This document shows positions 27,401 to 36,701 of a stretch of DNA of 64,000 nucleotides, piece after piece. Origin of the DNA: an uncultured virus (IMG/VR IMGVR_UViG_3300046007_013272) (taxonomy: Duplodnaviria; Heunggongvirae; Uroviricota; Caudoviricetes); the IMG/VR virus record IMGVR_UViG_3300046007_013272. One strand, given 5' to 3'. A model generated the notes under the pieces. It saw only the letters and a list, made by a program, of their open reading frames with translations. It was not told where the DNA came from and did no database searches. Position 1 is the first letter of the stretch. Every line of letters begins with the position of its first letter. Made by a program: the position numbers and the translations under genes.

Positions 27401-29479
27401 AACTTTACAGACTACATAAGACTTATTAAATTCTTTGATAACTCTTTATTCAACATGGTTAAAGATTTTGTTCCTGCTAGAACAAGTCTTGCATCAGGTG
27501 TTGTTGTAAAACAAAACTTACTTGAAAGAAGTAAATACCCACAACCATTAGTTACTTCATCTTTATTTGACTATACCGGTTCTATTGAAATGGTATTTGT
27601 TACTGGTGGTGCCGGAGGTTCAACTAATAATTTAAATGGTTTAAGTACAAATCCATACTATATAGCTAATGGTTTATCCAATGTTTATGGTGTAACTCAA
27701 AGCTGGTCTGAAAGTATAATTAACCCTTATGGGCTAGATATCCAAATTCATTCCTCACAAGATGAATTTTATAATGGAGAATTTAGTGGTTCTTGGATTA
27801 ATACTGATAATGGTGGTGAACTTAATTTACCAAATACTTTTAAACAAGTAGATACAACTCCTACTACTTATAATGTAAGCCTATATGGTGGAGATGGAGC
27901 AGGTGGTACTCCTACCTCTTCAGCTACATTTATTAGCTCAGTAGTACCTATAGCAGGGGAAGCTGCTTTTTGGAGTCAAAATCCAACCCCAAGTGGATTA
28001 CCAGAAAAATTTCCTCCTTATATTCAATATGCTAAAATTAATAGTATTGATTTAGCAAGTGAAAGTAATAATTTAACTTTAGCAAATGTAGAATCTATTA
28101 TTTGGAGAGGATTTACATTCTATCCAATTACAATTTCTCCTAGAGATGGTGGTAACTACTATTTCTTTGAATTTGCCCCTGGAAACTCAGCACAATACCT
28201 ACTTTCAGATCCCCAAACTTTCTTAAACCAGTTACTTGTATTAAGTCCTAAAGTAACAGATGCTACTGGTCCTTTCCAAAACAACGATTATAATGCTACT
28301 TTCAATAATGCTATTGAAAATAGACCAAATACAAAACTTCAAGAAGTTGATTACGCTACTAGCCAAAACATTCCAGTTAATATTTTAGCTATTCTTTCAG
28401 GTTCAGCAGCTCCTGTTTCTGTACCTGATTCAAACTATACTTCTTTATGGTGGAATGAACCAAGATATTTAGGTAGTAAAAATACAACTGACAATCTTAA
28501 TAGTACTTCACTTACTCAGTCATTTGTAGTTCAAAACTACCAAAATGATAACATTGGAGCTACAACTTTAGGTCAACCTTCAATTGATCTATTTAACACA
28601 AACATTTATGAATTTGCTTGGGGTGGTGGAACTTACCCACAAATTGCAACTGGTGGTGCTTTAAAACTTAGCCAAATTCTTAATGTTGACACAACAAGTT
28701 CAGTAGCTACTATATCTCCTCAAGATATATTCTTTTCATTCTCAGTACAGAGTAATTTACCACCAAACTCACAGCCACAAATTACTCAACGCACTACAAC
28801 AGCTAACATACCAAATACAGCTCGCGTTTTAAGTTCTGAATTTGGTGTGCCTTCGGTTTCATCTTATTATATTCCTAGTGGTTCATCTTTATTTGGAGGA
28901 GCAGCTACAACAGGTTCATTTAGTACTTTATCATTATTTGGTGGATTCTTAACTAATCTTATAGCTATACCTGGTATAGACAATAATGGTTATGAATCAG
29001 CAATTGCTGCAGTTACAGGATCTACCCCTGCTACTATAACAAGCACAATTTCAGCTAGCCTATCAGCAGGAGAAAGATGGTTTGTTTCTATCTACTATAA
29101 TTTAGGTACTACTGCTTCAGGAAGTTTAACATCTGTTAATGACACTTATGATGCTATAAATGGAGATGGTAGTTATGCTTATCCTTTAGAGTATAATGGT
29201 GTTTATGAAATTGATAGAGTTTCAGCAACTCATTCAAATGTACTTATACTTACTAAAGCTGTAAATGTAAATCTTGAAATGGGAGCTAATGCTTCTAGTT
29301 TAGCAACAAGCTATGCAGCTGCGGGCTGTCTGATTTGGAAAGCTATTACAGATGGAACTTTTGTAACATTCAATGGAACAACTCTTTCAGGAGTAGGTAA
29401 AGGGAACTTGATTACGCCAAATGCTAGCCCTACCATTAAGAGTGATTTAAATTCTATAGTAACAACTTCTGGTATATAA
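24440..29479 (+). CDS. large baseplate/tail-associated protein (1679 aa)
   Basis: IPEFVRDD...LLKRKGTVDGLKALITIYG (gp7/tail-P2-I-like) and a S/T/G-rich beta C-terminus. Confidence 0.65.
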   Translation: MADQIIQVLPVDPRTLELQTYTLQDESLINSSLIDGRFGESNDYVEYFVFSLQKDLLYPVDTPAISFTDFTVTDDPNLQNKGYYSTINIDPVVDAAEYGFGVGEFITVYNFLKTRLSSSIDNNFFISEISSDRTEIRLDSNTIPDVVFIPLARELEAEIKASVEFYKDFYLDFGSNQLVIANNITTDLSDPTNPTILIKLYEALPTQFQVKSTCWVVEQAAESVAYQISISQVFDLPDDFIKISGPNTNLNVKTEINNSTDYINFSSLTQTSVSGAFNQLDSLLEEKGIEINVDYSSYNNFIYLSSAYQRLSNFQYKLGLLEEYQTSQSLFTNITGSVAGSAPVSSSIAILAYQINDIIRNFDGYEYYLYYESSSTTWPKQNGNPPYILYSTTSSVGINWFNSQSIVAQEYDKNNVNNLFYVIPEFVRDDSLNEPYVLFTNMVGQSFDNTWLYVKDLENRYDNDNRINFGISKDLVADALRSFGIKLYQNNFSSNDLYIALLGYNPEGGYLPPTGSELITNYVTSSAEPIPLEDVNYRTYKRLYNALPLLLKRKGTVDGLKALITIYGIPDTILRVSEFGGKDKINTNDWDLWQQKFNYAYDFYQDGGWVGTEFQLNNAWTTPNTNKRPETVALRFKTAGVQSARLYPSQSIFVTDQGSLLSLEYSGSVNASGSYSGSIINPYNEYAFLKFYPDFNGDPTTFARVYLPFFDGGWWTTAVTVDDNSGRFTLYAANNIYNGDDGSQIGFLQSHSVVGTLASWDTSISASLGNNFGSPFSTLSIFSGSLQEVKYYTKKIAPVSFENITMNPDSIEAASWDGAPLELAFRASLGGELYTSSVSIHPKVTGSWVATSSFDNNNSNFYIGTTSNFVANTETIYIDQPVAGIKNIVSNKIHNITEILPAGDTLSRYIQIQQNSQEENNYTNNVNYVEVAFSPQNEINEDIMDQLGFFNIGEFIGDPRQRFSRSDTYPDLDKLANSYFEKYIGNYNFTDYIRLIKFFDNSLFNMVKDFVPARTSLASGVVVKQNLLERSKYPQPLVTSSLFDYTGSIEMVFVTGGAGGSTNNLNGLSTNPYYIANGLSNVYGVTQSWSESIINPYGLDIQIHSSQDEFYNGEFSGSWINTDNGGELNLPNTFKQVDTTPTTYNVSLYGGDGAGGTPTSSATFISSVVPIAGEAAFWSQNPTPSGLPEKFPPYIQYAKINSIDLASESNNLTLANVESIIWRGFTFYPITISPRDGGNYYFFEFAPGNSAQYLLSDPQTFLNQLLVLSPKVTDATGPFQNNDYNATFNNAIENRPNTKLQEVDYATSQNIPVNILAILSGSAAPVSVPDSNYTSLWWNEPRYLGSKNTTDNLNSTSLTQSFVVQNYQNDNIGATTLGQPSIDLFNTNIYEFAWGGGTYPQIATGGALKLSQILNVDTTSSVATISPQDIFFSFSVQSNLPPNSQPQITQRTTTANIPNTARVLSSEFGVPSVSSYYIPSGSSLFGGAATTGSFSTLSLFGGFLTNLIAIPGIDNNGYESAIAAVTGSTPATITSTISASLSAGERWFVSIYYNLGTTASGSLTSVNDTYDAINGDGSYAYPLEYNGVYEIDRVSATHSNVLILTKAVNVNLEMGANASSLATSYAAAGCLIWKAITDGTFVTFNGTTLSGVGKGNLITPNASPTIKSDLNSIVTTSGI

Positions 29480-29522
29480 AAAACTAAAATTAATATATTT
29501 ATAACAAAATCTAAAATATAAG

Positions 29523-30182
29523 ATGGGATATTTAAATAACTCAGTCGTAACTGTTGATGCTATCCTAACGGACAAGGGTAGAGAGTTACTAGCAAAAAAT
29601 GATGGTACATTCCGTATCACTCAATTTGCTTTATCTGATGACGAAATCGATTATACTCTTTACAACCCTAGCAACCCTTCAGGTTCAGCTTTCTATGGTC
29701 AAGCAATCGAAAACATGCCTCTTTTAGAAGCATTTCCTCTTGTAACTCAAGAAATGAAGTATGTGTTAACTACACTACCTCGTGGAAGTGCTAAGATGCC
29801 GGTACTTGACCTAGGATATTCCGCTATCACATTAAAACAAGGTGCTTCACTTGCTATTACACCTCAAACTCTAAACTATTTAGGTGGCTTAACCACAACC
29901 GAAACCAATGGTTATACCGCTACTATAAGTGATGTACGTGTATTAAGTACATTTAACGGGGTAGGTATTAATACACCAGATGCTATCGCACTAAACAGCA
30001 CTACAACAATTGGAACTAACGTCTCTAAAACAGTGGTTGGTACTACAATCAACATGACAGCCACTACTGTGAATACTTTATTTGGTTCCAACAATATTTT
30101 ACAAGCTACCTTAACTGTAGTAGGTAGAGATTCAGGAGCTCGCATTACAATCCCTGTAACAATTACTAAAACTTCAGCATAA
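29523..30182 (+). CDS. conserved virion structural protein
   Basis: MGYLNNSVVTVDAILTDKGRELLA...ITQFALSDDEIDY resembles tail-collar/fibre-attachment N-termini. Confidence 0.6.
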   Translation: MGYLNNSVVTVDAILTDKGRELLAKNDGTFRITQFALSDDEIDYTLYNPSNPSGSAFYGQAIENMPLLEAFPLVTQEMKYVLTTLPRGSAKMPVLDLGYSAITLKQGASLAITPQTLNYLGGLTTTETNGYTATISDVRVLSTFNGVGINTPDAIALNSTTTIGTNVSKTVVGTTINMTATTVNTLFGSNNILQATLTVVGRDSGARITIPVTITKTSA

Positions 30183-30189
30183 TTAAGAT

Positions 30190-31233
30190 ATGTCATTTAA
30201 AAGATTAAATCCAACAGATTTTTTAGTATCAGCAGATTCTGTAACTGCTCCTTGCTGGTCTAATGATATTAACACATTAACAGCTTTCTTTACTTCTTCT
30301 ACTCAAGAAGCTAGCTCACAGGGAGAATATGTTTTAGCAGTTTACAATACTGTAGCAACCTATGATAGCGCCTCTATCCAATTTTTTATTGGATATTGTG
30401 ATGCAAATGGTTCAGGTTCAACTGCCTATAACTCTGCTATTCCAAATCTAAGCCCTTCAAGAACATTATATGGTCAATATAGAAACCTTATTCTTGAAGA
30501 TGAAAACTCAAGCTTTTTATTTGGATCAGTAACTAGTTCACAATTCTTTGCAGTTTCAGTAGAAAGAGCAAATTATAAACAATCTTTACTCCCAGGATCC
30601 TTAAACTTAGTACTTTCAGGATCAGCAGCAAACACTACTTTATACTTAACAGATAATAGTAATGATCTTTCAGTAGTACCTTACATCAATGGTACTAGAG
30701 TTTATCAGATCGTTTCAGGCTCAAATGGTACTGCTACAACTACTACTGCTTTAGCAGGTGCTTCTGCAGCTGGTTATACAGTCTCTGGTTCTTATGGTTG
30801 GTTTGTTCCTGATATGGGTACAATTTTATTAAACGCAAAAGCTCTTCAATTACCTGTAGCTGCAGGTGGTATTGCTTTAGCTCCTCAAACTGGTAGCTCA
30901 AATATTGCAAATGGTCTTAACAATATGATCATGTATAGAGCTATTAGCACAGGTGATAGTTTTGGTCTTAACTCCCAAGAAAATGTAACATCAGATTATG
31001 TTTACATAAGACCACAAAACTTTGAATTTAACTACACAACTAACCCTTCGTTTATTAGTGCAAGTACAGGTGAAGTTATTTACTCTACATTCATCAACAA
31101 CCCACAAACATATATTACAACTGTAGGTTTATACAATGATTCAAACGAGTTGTTAGCTGTAGCTAAATTATCTAGACCTCTAGTTAAAGATTTTACAAAA
31201 GAAGCATTAATCCGCGTTAAGCTGAACTTCTAA
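30190..31233 (+). CDS. virion structural protein
   Basis: C-terminal YITTVGLYNDSNELLAVAKLSRP. Confidence 0.65.
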   Translation: MSFKRLNPTDFLVSADSVTAPCWSNDINTLTAFFTSSTQEASSQGEYVLAVYNTVATYDSASIQFFIGYCDANGSGSTAYNSAIPNLSPSRTLYGQYRNLILEDENSSFLFGSVTSSQFFAVSVERANYKQSLLPGSLNLVLSGSAANTTLYLTDNSNDLSVVPYINGTRVYQIVSGSNGTATTTTALAGASAAGYTVSGSYGWFVPDMGTILLNAKALQLPVAAGGIALAPQTGSSNIANGLNNMIMYRAISTGDSFGLNSQENVTSDYVYIRPQNFEFNYTTNPSFISASTGEVIYSTFINNPQTYITTVGLYNDSNELLAVAKLSRPLVKDFTKEALIRVKLNF

Positions 31234-31236
31234 TGA

Positions 31237-32292
31237 ATGAGTGCTTGGAAACAATTTTTAGCTTCTGATTTAATTGTTGCACCATTTCTGGTCAACAAAG
31301 GGTTTACTTTTACTACATCAAGTTTTTACACTCAATCCAATGGTGAATATGTTGGTATAGAAAGATTCTTTGGTAAAAATATACCTTGGAATGTTAACTA
31401 TGGCTCAAATATCACTACAGGTGTTAATCAAGTTGAATATCAAGCTTTAATATATGATTCTGTAAAGCAATTATATTATTCAAACTATCAATTTTCAACT
31501 ACAGGAGACCCAGCAAATTTAAGAGTTTTAATACCTGGAGCTGGACCTTCAGGTTCAGGAGATACTTTTACTAGTTCAGGAGTATCAGGTTCAGGTCCTT
31601 TATACGATAATTTTTTACAAAGTACTTTAACTCCTACTAGATTTTTACCAACAGGTTCTGGAGATACAATTGGTGTTATCTCTATTCCTTCAAAAATATT
31701 TGGAGATTATATAGCTCCTAATAGTTTAGTTATTCAATCTGGTAGTTTTATTCTACAAGATGATGGTGAAGGAAACCTTTTGGTTTCTGGTAGTAATGTT
31801 AACTATGGTAATGTTATCTATACTCACGGGCTTATAATTTTAACAAACTCGTCTTCATTCTCTGCAGGTGCAGGTGGTTCTGGAGGTTTCTTATATGCCT
31901 CGGGAATCTATGCTACTGCATCTTATGGTGCTATATTCTTACCAGGCATTAGTGCGCTGATTACAGGTTCAATTACGTGTTCATTCTCGTCTTCTATGAC
32001 GATATATGAAACTCAATACAAATGCACTATACAACCTGCAGAATTTAATGCTACATTAAACCCATCAGCTCAAGCTAGTGGTAGTGTGTTTGAATGGACT
32101 GGAAGTTATTTCTATGAACCTGGAAATGGTCAACTCTTAGATGCTTTAACTGGTTCTTATTTCGCACCTTACGTTACAACTGTTGGTTTATACGATGAAG
32201 CTCAAAATCTAATAGCGGTAGGAAAATTATCTCAACCTGTTCCAACATCGCAAACAACAGATACAACAATTTTAGTAAATTTAGATTTATAA
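31237..32292 (+). CDS. virion structural protein (paralogue of the upstream gene)
   Basis: C-terminal YVTTVGLYDEAQNLIAVGKLSQP. Confidence 0.65.
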   Translation: MSAWKQFLASDLIVAPFLVNKGFTFTTSSFYTQSNGEYVGIERFFGKNIPWNVNYGSNITTGVNQVEYQALIYDSVKQLYYSNYQFSTTGDPANLRVLIPGAGPSGSGDTFTSSGVSGSGPLYDNFLQSTLTPTRFLPTGSGDTIGVISIPSKIFGDYIAPNSLVIQSGSFILQDDGEGNLLVSGSNVNYGNVIYTHGLIILTNSSSFSAGAGGSGGFLYASGIYATASYGAIFLPGISALITGSITCSFSSSMTIYETQYKCTIQPAEFNATLNPSAQASGSVFEWTGSYFYEPGNGQLLDALTGSYFAPYVTTVGLYDEAQNLIAVGKLSQPVPTSQTTDTTILVNLDL

Positions 32293-32327
32293 CGATATTT
32301 ATTACGGCATAACACACTTTTAGATCG

Positions 32328-33677
32328 ATGGCTAATACACTAAGTACTTCTGGTATTGTTGATGGACAAATTATTTTTGCCTCACAAGTAAATCAAATGG
32401 TTCAGGCCTTTACGGGTACTAGTGATTATGACATTACAGTTAGTGGTAGTTTAGATGTTACTGGATCTCTTAGTCTTGTTGGAACTACAGAAGTTGCTGG
32501 AGCAGGTTATAGTACAGTTGTCATAAGTAACTCAACTGGACAACTTCACTACACAACCTCAGGAAATGGTACATCAGGTACTTCAGGTACATCTGGTAGT
32601 TCAGGATCAAGTGGAATTAATGGTACCTCAGGTACTTCTGGCTTAGGTAGTTCAGGTACTTCAGGTACGTCAGGTACAGATGGTTCATCAGGTTCATCCG
32701 GTTCATCCGGCTCAAGTGGAAGTTCGGGTTCTTCAGGTCTTTCAGGTATAAACGGAACTTCAGGCACATCTGGTTCTTCAGGCTCATCTGGTCTAGGTAG
32801 CTCAGGTACTTCAGGTAGTTCTGGTTCTTCAGGCTCCTCTGGTACTTCAGGCAGTTCAGGATCTTCTGGCAGTTCAGGCTCATCTGGTCTATCTGGAATA
32901 AATGGTACTTCTGGAACAAGTGGTTCAAATGGTACTTCAGGTACTTCAGGCATTGGTACCTCAGGTAGTTCAGGTTCATCAGGTTCTTCAGGAACTTCTG
33001 GTACCGGAACTTCAGGTACTTCTGGTTCTTCAGGCTTATCTGGTATAAATGGTACTTCTGGAACTTCTGGCTCATCAGGTTCATCTGGCTTAGGCACATC
33101 AGGTACCTCTGGTAGTTCTGGCTCCTCTGGCTCATCAGGAACTTCAGGTGTAGGTACTTCAGGTACATCTGGCACATCTGGTTTAAGTGGCGTGAATGGG
33201 ACTTCAGGAACAAGTGGTGTAAGTGGTACTTCAGGAACATCTGGATTAGGTACTAGTGGTACTTCTGGTTCATCAGGAACTTCAGGTGTAGGTACTAGCG
33301 GCACTTCGGGTACCTCAGGTTCTTCAGGCCTTTCAGGAAATAATGGTACTTCAGGAACGTCTGGGGTTTCAGGTACTAGTGGCACTTCAGGAAGTAGTGG
33401 TACTTCTGGTTTAGGTACTTCAGGCACATCAGGTACTTCAGGTGTTGGTACATCAGGCACTTCAGGTCTTTCAGGTGTAAATGGTACTTCAGGTACATCA
33501 GGTACATCAGGTTCAAACGGAACTGGTTTTGGTACTATTACTCTTGTAAGTAATGCTCCTGCCTCTTTTGGATTTGAATCAGCACAAGTACCAGATAATA
33601 CAGGATACACAGCAGCAGGCTGGATTAGAGTTACTATTGGTGGAAATCCTTACTATGTTCCTGCATGGACGTTATAA
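32328..33677 (+). CDS. Gly-Thr/Ser-Ser repeat fibre protein
   Basis: About 320 aa of G-X-Y triplets (GTS/GSS/GLS/GIN) between short globular ends. Confidence 0.75.
   Translation: MANTLSTSGIVDGQIIFASQVNQMVQAFTGTSDYDITVSGSLDVTGSLSLVGTTEVAGAGYSTVVISNSTGQLHYTTSGNGTSGTSGTSGSSGSSGINGTSGTSGLGSSGTSGTSGTDGSSGSSGSSGSSGSSGSSGLSGINGTSGTSGSSGSSGLGSSGTSGSSGSSGSSGTSGSSGSSGSSGSSGLSGINGTSGTSGSNGTSGTSGIGTSGSSGSSGSSGTSGTGTSGTSGSSGLSGINGTSGTSGSSGSSGLGTSGTSGSSGSSGSSGTSGVGTSGTSGTSGLSGVNGTSGTSGVSGTSGTSGLGTSGTSGSSGTSGVGTSGTSGTSGSSGLSGNNGTSGTSGVSGTSGTSGSSGTSGLGTSGTSGTSGVGTSGTSGLSGVNGTSGTSGTSGSNGTGFGTITLVSNAPASFGFESAQVPDNTGYTAAGWIRVTIGGNPYYVPAWTL
32562..33530 (+). repeat. coding 9-nt-period repeat (GGTACTTCA-like)
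   Basis: Degenerate tandem GGN-ACN/TCN-TCN units. Confidence 0.9.
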
Positions 33678-33692
33678 TATAAAAAATAAATT

Positions 33693-34133
33693 ATGTGGAA
33701 ATATAATGGTGAAGAAATCACTGACATTGATCAGTTCCCATACGGCACCTTTGGTTTTGTTTATAGGGTCCTCAATAAAAAAACTGGCAAAGCTTATATT
33801 GGTAAAAAAGTGCTGTACCACAGCGTAAAGAAAAAACTTACCAAAAAAGAACTAGCAGAAATAGAGGGACAAGGACGCCGTCCTTCATATCGTCTTACAG
33901 TAAAAGAATCAGATTGGAAAACCTATTGGGGTTCAAATAAAATTCTCATTGAAGAATTAAAAACCAACTCAGACGACTTTGAACGTTCTATTATTCAACT
34001 GGCAAAAGACAAAAAACAACTTACGTATTTTGAAACAAAATATTTGTTTGTTTATTCTGTACTTGAAAAACCAGAAGAATTCTACAACGACAATATTTTA
34101 GGAAAATTTTATACTAAAGATTTTGCAGGGTAA
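33693..34133 (+). CDS. GIY-YIG (Seg-like) family protein
   Basis: FGFVYRV...AYIGKK...SDWKTYWGS...YNDNI. Confidence 0.75.
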   Translation: MWKYNGEEITDIDQFPYGTFGFVYRVLNKKTGKAYIGKKVLYHSVKKKLTKKELAEIEGQGRRPSYRLTVKESDWKTYWGSNKILIEELKTNSDDFERSIIQLAKDKKQLTYFETKYLFVYSVLEKPEEFYNDNILGKFYTKDFAG

Positions 34134-34156
34134 AGGGTTTTTCGTACATTAAATGT

Positions 34157-35089
34157 ATGGTAAATCAACTCCTTGTAGCGCTGGTCAATTCTGTCTTAGG
34201 ACCTGGAAAACCAACTGCTAGAGGAAACCAAGCCCACACCTGTCCATTCTGCCATCACCACAAACCTAAACTAGAGGTAAACTTTAGTGAAGGGAATGGG
34301 GATAAAAACCCGTGGCATTGTTGGGTGTGCGGAAAGAAAGGAGTAAAACTTATAACTCTTTTTAAACAAATCGGTGCGTCTGAAGATAAACTAAACGAAT
34401 TACGTAGTTTAGTAAAATCCTCATACAAAGACGAACAAATTCAAACCCTAGAGGAAGTTAAACTTCCTGAAGAGTTTAAACCCTTATCTGAAATTACCGA
34501 AAACGATATTATAGGAAGGCACGCCCTTACTTATCTTAAAAAACGAGGTATTACCAAAGCAGATATTCTTCGATACAATATAGGTTATTGTGAAGGAGGA
34601 AAATACGATAAAATGATTATCGTACCCTCATACAACGAATTCGGGAAACTAAACTATTTTGTTGCTCGAAACTTTAACCCAAACTCCCCAGTAAAATACA
34701 AGAATCCGCCTATTGGCAAGAATATTGTGCCATTTGAACTGTTTATAAATTGGTCTTCACCGCTTATATTGTGCGAAGGACCATTTGACGCAATCTCTAT
34801 CAAACGCAATGCGATCCCGCTGTTAGGAAAACATATACAAGCAAACTTGATGAAGCGTATTGTAACTTCTCAAGTAGAAAAAGTGTATATTGCGTTAGAT
34901 AAAGACGCTCAAAAAGATGCTTTAAAATTTGCTGAACTACTCTTGGCGGAGGGAAAAGAAGTTTATATCGTTGACCTGGATGAAAAAGATCCGAATGAAA
35001 TGGGGTTTGAACACTTTACAAAACTTATTCAAGAAACATATCCAATTAATACCTTTGACCTAATGTCAAGGAAGATAGAACTATTATGA
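34157..35089 (+). CDS. DNA primase (zinc finger + TOPRIM)
   Basis: CPFC...WHCWVC; YLKKRGI; LCEGPFDA; IALDKDA; KDPNE. Confidence 0.9.
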   Translation: MVNQLLVALVNSVLGPGKPTARGNQAHTCPFCHHHKPKLEVNFSEGNGDKNPWHCWVCGKKGVKLITLFKQIGASEDKLNELRSLVKSSYKDEQIQTLEEVKLPEEFKPLSEITENDIIGRHALTYLKKRGITKADILRYNIGYCEGGKYDKMIIVPSYNEFGKLNYFVARNFNPNSPVKYKNPPIGKNIVPFELFINWSSPLILCEGPFDAISIKRNAIPLLGKHIQANLMKRIVTSQVEKVYIALDKDAQKDALKFAELLLAEGKEVYIVDLDEKDPNEMGFEHFTKLIQETYPINTFDLMSRKIELL

Positions 35090-35874
35090 TAGAACAAGGA
35101 GCTAAAATCTATAAAAAAAGCGTTACAAGAGTATTAGAAATTGACCAAGACGCAAAGCAGGTAAACTTTTTAGACACACGTTTTTACAAAAAGGGAGAAA
35201 AATACTACCCTTCAATCACCTCAGTCTTACAATATTTTCCTAAAAACAAGTTTTTTGAAAATTGGTTGAAAGATGTTGGGCACAACTCCGATATTATTGT
35301 TAGAAAAGCAGCAAATGAAGGTACTCAAGTACACGAAGCGATTGAAGATTACCTACTTGGTAAAGAACTTACCTGGTTAAACGAGTACGGCGAAGCAAAA
35401 TACTCAATGGATGTTTGGAAAAATATCCTTAAATTTGATGAGTTTTGGAAGCAAGTTAAACCTACCCTTATCGAAAGTGAAATTCACTTATTCTCAGATG
35501 AAGCTGAAATTGCAGGAACGTGTGATTTGGTTCTAGAGATAAATGACGAGATTTGGATTTTGGATATCAAAACCTCAAACAGCCTCCACACTAGCCAAGA
35601 CCTTCAAATTGCAGCTTACGCTAAAATGTGGAACGAAACATTTGAGGAAAAAGTTACACGTACTGGTATCTTATGGCTTAAATCAGCCAAAAGAGGACCA
35701 GACAAATCAGGAAAGAAAATTCAAGGTAAAGGTTGGGAAGTTTACGAATCATCTCGTTCAATAGAAGAGAATTGGGGTTTCTTCCAAAAAATTCTAGACC
35801 TATACCACCTTGAAAATCCAGACGCTAAACCAGCATTTGAAAGTTTTCCTTTATCAGTTAAATTAGAAGCTTGA
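35086..35874 (+). CDS. PD-(D/E)XK exonuclease
   Basis: YPSITSVL, GTQVHEAIE, AGTCDLV, ILDIKTS and QIAAYA motifs. Confidence 0.88.
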   Translation: MIEQGAKIYKKSVTRVLEIDQDAKQVNFLDTRFYKKGEKYYPSITSVLQYFPKNKFFENWLKDVGHNSDIIVRKAANEGTQVHEAIEDYLLGKELTWLNEYGEAKYSMDVWKNILKFDEFWKQVKPTLIESEIHLFSDEAEIAGTCDLVLEINDEIWILDIKTSNSLHTSQDLQIAAYAKMWNETFEEKVTRTGILWLKSAKRGPDKSGKKIQGKGWEVYESSRSIEENWGFFQKILDLYHLENPDAKPAFESFPLSVKLEA

Positions 35875-35897
35875 TATTTATACGCAAACGCGTTTGA

Positions 35898-36701
35898 ATG
35901 ATCAGTCTTGTTCAATTACTGGAAGAACTCTCCTCTAGACCCAAAGCCATCATACTTGCTGGTGCTCCGGGTGCAGGGAAGAGTTCTTTAGTTGACGATT
36001 ATATAAAAGATTTCAACTTAAAAGTATTAAACATAGACGATTACTATAAAGAAAATCTAAAAAATGCAGGAGTTTCTTTCGATTTAAAGAATGCAGGTAA
36101 AGAGTCTAGAAGCAAAGCCGCAACAGGTATGCAACAGGCTATCAAAACCTACAATGAAGCTTTAAATCAAGCTATAGATAATAAAGAAAACATTGTATTA
36201 GACAATGCTTCTGGTTCACTTAAAAATGTAGCTGAACTTAGAAATAGACTCATGTTAGCTGGTTACGATGTTTTAATGGTGTACGTTCACGCTTCACTTA
36301 AAAAAGCACTTAAAAGAAATGAAAAACGTTTTGACAAATCTAAAGGCCTTGAAAGAAGCCTTCCACCAGACATTGTCCTTAAAACTTGGGCAAATGTCAC
36401 AAAAAATTACGCCAAGTATAGAGATATTTTTGGCGACAATTTTATCTCGGTTGTAAACGATGATAAACCTTTTACATTATCATCTTACGAAGACATAAAA
36501 AAATTATACGTAGACCAGTTTGCACCTAAAGACTCAACACCCAAATCAGCAAAGGATCAAGCGTATGAAGATAAAATAGATGCTGAAAATAAGGCATTTA
36601 TAGAGGATTGGAACGCAAACATGAAAAGTCAAGATATTTTAGATAATTCTGTATCTAAAGAAGAAGTAAAGACTAAAATAAAAGATTTCCTTCAATCATG
36701 A
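35898..36701 (+). CDS. zeta-toxin/AAA_33-like P-loop kinase
   Basis: ILAGAPGAGKS, LNIDD, IVLDN and ALKRNEKR...R motifs. Confidence 0.8.
   Translation: MISLVQLLEELSSRPKAIILAGAPGAGKSSLVDDYIKDFNLKVLNIDDYYKENLKNAGVSFDLKNAGKESRSKAATGMQQAIKTYNEALNQAIDNKENIVLDNASGSLKNVAELRNRLMLAGYDVLMVYVHASLKKALKRNEKRFDKSKGLERSLPPDIVLKTWANVTKNYAKYRDIFGDNFISVVNDDKPFTLSSYEDIKKLYVDQFAPKDSTPKSAKDQAYEDKIDAENKAFIEDWNANMKSQDILDNSVSKEEVKTKIKDFLQS

Noticed and set aside
32549..33610. 353-aa minus-strand Pro/Glu-repeat ORF (and 32617-33240)
   Set aside because: Antisense shadow of the GTS-repeat codons; the genome is otherwise + strand coded here.
35898..36701. Zeta toxin-antitoxin system
   Set aside because: No adjacent epsilon-like antitoxin; the P-loop family assignment alone does not show toxin activity.
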